A stretch of 64,000 nucleotides of DNA from an uncultured delta proteobacterium (GTDB lineage Bacteria > Myxococcota > Myxococcia > Myxococcales > Myxococcaceae). The position numbers were made by a program, and so were the translations under genes. The DNA lies in the NCBI GenBank assembly GCA_963771175.1, contig CAVYSY010000056.1, positions 116,960-180,959 on the forward strand, given 5' to 3'. Positions 61,407 through 64,000 of this stretch are shown one piece after another. The notes below the pieces were generated by a model. That model was not told the DNA's origin, made no database searches, and worked only from the letters and a program-made list of their open reading frames with translations. How positions within the stretch are numbered: the first letter of the stretch is position 1; each line of letters begins with the position of its first letter.

Positions 61407-62126
61407 ATGGCCTCGGACGAGCATCGCGTGGAGCAGATGGCACCTCAAGGCAAGCGGACGGTTCACTGCGCGGACGCGCTGGCGTGGCTCGAGGGCCAGG
61501 GCGTGCTCGCCGGGTGCTCGCTCATCACCTCGATGCCCGACGTGTCCGAGTTCCCCTCGCTCACCCTCGCCGAGTGGAAGGACTGGTTCGTCCGCACCGC
61601 CGCGCTCGTCCTCTCGCGGTGCCCCGACGACGGCGTCACCATCTTCTACCAGACCGACATCAAGAAGGATGGGAGCTGGGTCGACAAGGGCTACCTGGTC
61701 CAGAAGGCCGCCGAGCAGCAGGGCCACACGCTGCTGTGGCACAAGGTGGTGTGCCGCGCGCCTCCTGGGAACATCACCTTCGGGAGGCCGGCGTACTCGC
61801 ACCTGCTGTGCTTCTCGCGAGGGATTCGGGCGGACCTCTCGAAGTCCACCGCCGATGTGCTCCCCCAGGCCGGCGAGGTGACGTGGACCCGGGGCATGGG
61901 CGTGCGGGCGTGTCTCGTCGCGTGCCGGTACGTGCTGGAGAACACGCCCACCCGCACCATCGTGGACCCGTTCTGCGGACACGGGACCGTGCTCGCCGTG
62001 GCCAATGAGCTCGGGCTGGAGGCCGTGGGCGTCGAGCTGAGCCGCAAGCGCGCCAAGAAGGCTCGGGCGCTCAAGATGCCGCGGGAGGACTCGGAACCCC
62101 GGAGCGACGAGGAGGACGTGGAATAG
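61407..62126 (+). CDS. SAM-dependent methyltransferase-like protein (N4/N6 DNA methylase-like fold)
   Basis: CADAL.WL, ITSMPD, VDPFCGHGT...A..LG....GVEL. Confidence 0.7.
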   Translation: MASDEHRVEQMAPQGKRTVHCADALAWLEGQGVLAGCSLITSMPDVSEFPSLTLAEWKDWFVRTAALVLSRCPDDGVTIFYQTDIKKDGSWVDKGYLVQKAAEQQGHTLLWHKVVCRAPPGNITFGRPAYSHLLCFSRGIRADLSKSTADVLPQAGEVTWTRGMGVRACLVACRYVLENTPTRTIVDPFCGHGTVLAVANELGLEAVGVELSRKRAKKARALKMPREDSEPRSDEEDVE

Positions 62127-62964
62127 TCAGAGCCTCCACCTCGAGGAACGCATACAACGCCGTCATCACCGCGTGCGGTTGGTCCCACATCAGGAAGTGG
62201 CGCGCGTGCTCCACCCGGACGAGCTTCGCCCCCGGTATCTCCCACACCAGCCGCTCGCCCCACTTCACGGGCAGGAACGCGTCGTCCACGCCCCACACCA
62301 CCCGCGTGGGCACCGCCACGTGCATCAGCCTCGGCACCAGCTCCAGCGTCTGGTTCGTGTCCAGCGCCACCGCGTCGCGCACCAGGGACGTCTTTCCCAC
62401 CTCCGTCCCGTACGGCGCCAGCAGCCCCTCCACCACTCCCTCCGGCGGCGTCGTCGCGAAGCCCGACCGCCGCATCGCCACCTTCAACGTCCGCTGCACC
62501 GCCTGCGCCGACAGCCTCCGCGCCACTCCCGGGTGCCCGAGCTGCACCATCACCTCGAGAGGCCACGCGTCGAAGCAGATGCTGTCCATCAGGCACAGCT
62601 TCGACACCCGCTGGGGGAAGCGGATGGCCAGGTGCTGCGCCACGCCTCCGCCCACGTCGTGCCCCACCACCACCGCGTCCCTCACGCCCAGCCGGTCCAT
62701 CCACGCATCCAGCGCCTCGGCCTGCCGCGCGATGGACCGGTCGAAGCCCTCCCGTCGATCCGAGTACCCGTACCCCAGCAGGTCCGGAATCAGCACCCGG
62801 TGCGTCATCGCCAGCGCCGACAACAGCCCGCTCCACAGGAAGCCCCAGGTGGGAATCCCGTGCAGGAGCACCAGCGGCGCGCCCCGCCCCTCGTCCACGT
62901 AGCTGATGAAGCGGTAGCCCAACTCCACCACCCGCTGCCTCGACTGGTAGTCCCGCCAGTTCAT
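62071..62964 (-). CDS. Alpha/beta hydrolase with Asp nucleophile (haloalkane dehalogenase / epoxide hydrolase type)
   Basis: LLHGIPTW.FLW, PDLLGYGYS, GHDVGG, WG.DD.F, RHF...D.P. Confidence 0.82.
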   Translation of the reverse strand: MNWRDYQSRQRVVELGYRFISYVDEGRGAPLVLLHGIPTWGFLWSGLLSALAMTHRVLIPDLLGYGYSDRREGFDRSIARQAEALDAWMDRLGVRDAVVVGHDVGGGVAQHLAIRFPQRVSKLCLMDSICFDAWPLEVMVQLGHPGVARRLSAQAVQRTLKVAMRRSGFATTPPEGVVEGLLAPYGTEVGKTSLVRDAVALDTNQTLELVPRLMHVAVPTRVVWGVDDAFLPVKWGERLVWEIPGAKLVRVEHARHFLMWDQPHAVMTALYAFLEVEALTIPRPPRRSGVPSPPAAS

Positions 62965-63863
62965 CGCAGTTCCCCCATCGCCACGTAGTCCGGCACCAGC
63001 CGGGCCTCCGCCGGGAAGGGCCGCCGCCGCTCCAGGTCCCCCACGTCGCACACCAGCGTCGCCATCCCGAGCACCAGCACCGGCAGCCGCCACTCGCACT
63101 GCTCCGTCACCCGCTGGATGACCTCCGCGTCCTCGTTCAGCACCTCCACCCGCTCCCTCGACAGCGCCACCTCGTAGGGCAGGCCCCGCGCCAGCCGGCG
63201 TGACGTGGCCAGCAGCGCGTCACAGGCGTGCGCCCACTCCTCGCCCTTCATCCTCGGCTTCAGCCGCTCCCACGCCGCCTCCAGGTACTCCGGCCACAGC
63301 GCCAGCCCTCGGAACTCGCCCGGCAGCGAGGGCGGCCCCACCGTCGCGAGGATGTCCTTGAAGAGCGCTCGCAGCCGCGCGTCGTCCGGCCGCTCCGACA
63401 CCCACTCCATCGCCATCATCCGCGCCGGAGCCCCTCTCTCAATCCGCTCGGCGCTCCCCGCCGGCTGCGGCGTGCCCACGGGCGAGTCCTGCAGCGCCAG
63501 CTTCACCGCCGAGGTGAACACCAGCATCTTCGGGTCCAGGTAGTGGTACAGCTCCAGCGCGCCCCGGAGCTGGTAGCGCTGGCTCTCCCCGAGCGACACC
63601 GCGCCCCACGCCCCCAGCGGGCCCAGGCGCTCGGCCGCGTCCACCGCCTGGGCGCGCACCTCGTCCGCCGCCGACTCGAAGGCCCGCGTCTCCGCGTTCG
63701 GCCCCATCGCCTCCCACAGCCCCACCAGGAAGCGCTCGAAGCCCGCCCACGTGCGCACCGTCACGTCCAGCCCCGTCACCCGCAGCGCCTGCCGCATCTC
63801 GTACAGCACCCGCTCGACGTCCCCGTGCGCCTCGCGCTCGCTCACCTGCTTGGGTCTGGCCAT
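62961..63863 (-). CDS. DehI (group I 2-haloacid dehalogenase) family protein
   Basis: Internal duplication (V.E.EA.G.V..V..E.R..L...W..F...LW and E.P.D..L..LF.DI.....FR.LA.WPEYL..AW). Stop overlaps the hydrolase start. Confidence 0.7.
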   Translation of the reverse strand: MARPKQVSEREAHGDVERVLYEMRQALRVTGLDVTVRTWAGFERFLVGLWEAMGPNAETRAFESAADEVRAQAVDAAERLGPLGAWGAVSLGESQRYQLRGALELYHYLDPKMLVFTSAVKLALQDSPVGTPQPAGSAERIERGAPARMMAMEWVSERPDDARLRALFKDILATVGPPSLPGEFRGLALWPEYLEAAWERLKPRMKGEEWAHACDALLATSRRLARGLPYEVALSRERVEVLNEDAEVIQRVTEQCEWRLPVLVLGMATLVCDVGDLERRRPFPAEARLVPDYVAMGELR

Positions 63864-64000
63864 GCGCGCTCCACCTCCGGTCGGAAGATGGGGCCCCCTC
63901 CCTCGTCCGGCAGGCGGGGCCGGTGGGACGGCCGCCTCTCGTCGCGGCGGGCAACGGGTAGAGACCTCCCGGGCGCGCGCTCGCTCAACCTGTACACTTA

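Overview
High-GC (visibly about 70%) bacterial DNA. The gene content points to a myxobacterium of the Cystobacter/Archangium type (inference): multiple sigma-54 enhancer-binding proteins, giant Ser/Thr kinase-STAND proteins and many lipoproteins. Main blocks in order: (1) the tail of a DUF4276 gene, a Zn-finger/barstar-like fusion and a degenerate TPP enzyme; (2) three paralogous kinase + pseudo-cyclase + STAND ATPase genes, two intact with TPR tails and one truncated, around a glutathionyl-hydroquinone reductase; (3) a sulfide-oxidation cluster (sqr, sigma-54 activator, pdo, rhodanese, tauE) with two sigma-54 promoters and a shared phased TGAAAC motif; (4) an extended kdp locus (EIIA-Ntr, porin, 26-aa micro-peptide, kdpFABC, kinase-less KdpD/USP, HAMP kinase, sigma-54 response regulator, two paralogous 4-Cys membrane proteins); (5) secreted and lipoprotein genes plus a second two-component pair; (6) a lipoprotein with a C-terminal papain-fold toxin domain followed by a Zn-ribbon immunity candidate; (7) MsrPQ-like genes, a secreted isoamylase, DUF4032, an aminotransferase, a methyltransferase-like gene and a DehI plus Asp-hydrolase pair. 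Many genes carry 1-nt indels clustered in patches, most likely sequencing or assembly errors. No rRNA, tRNA, CRISPR array or transposase was recognised. All family calls come from motif recognition by eye, not database searches.
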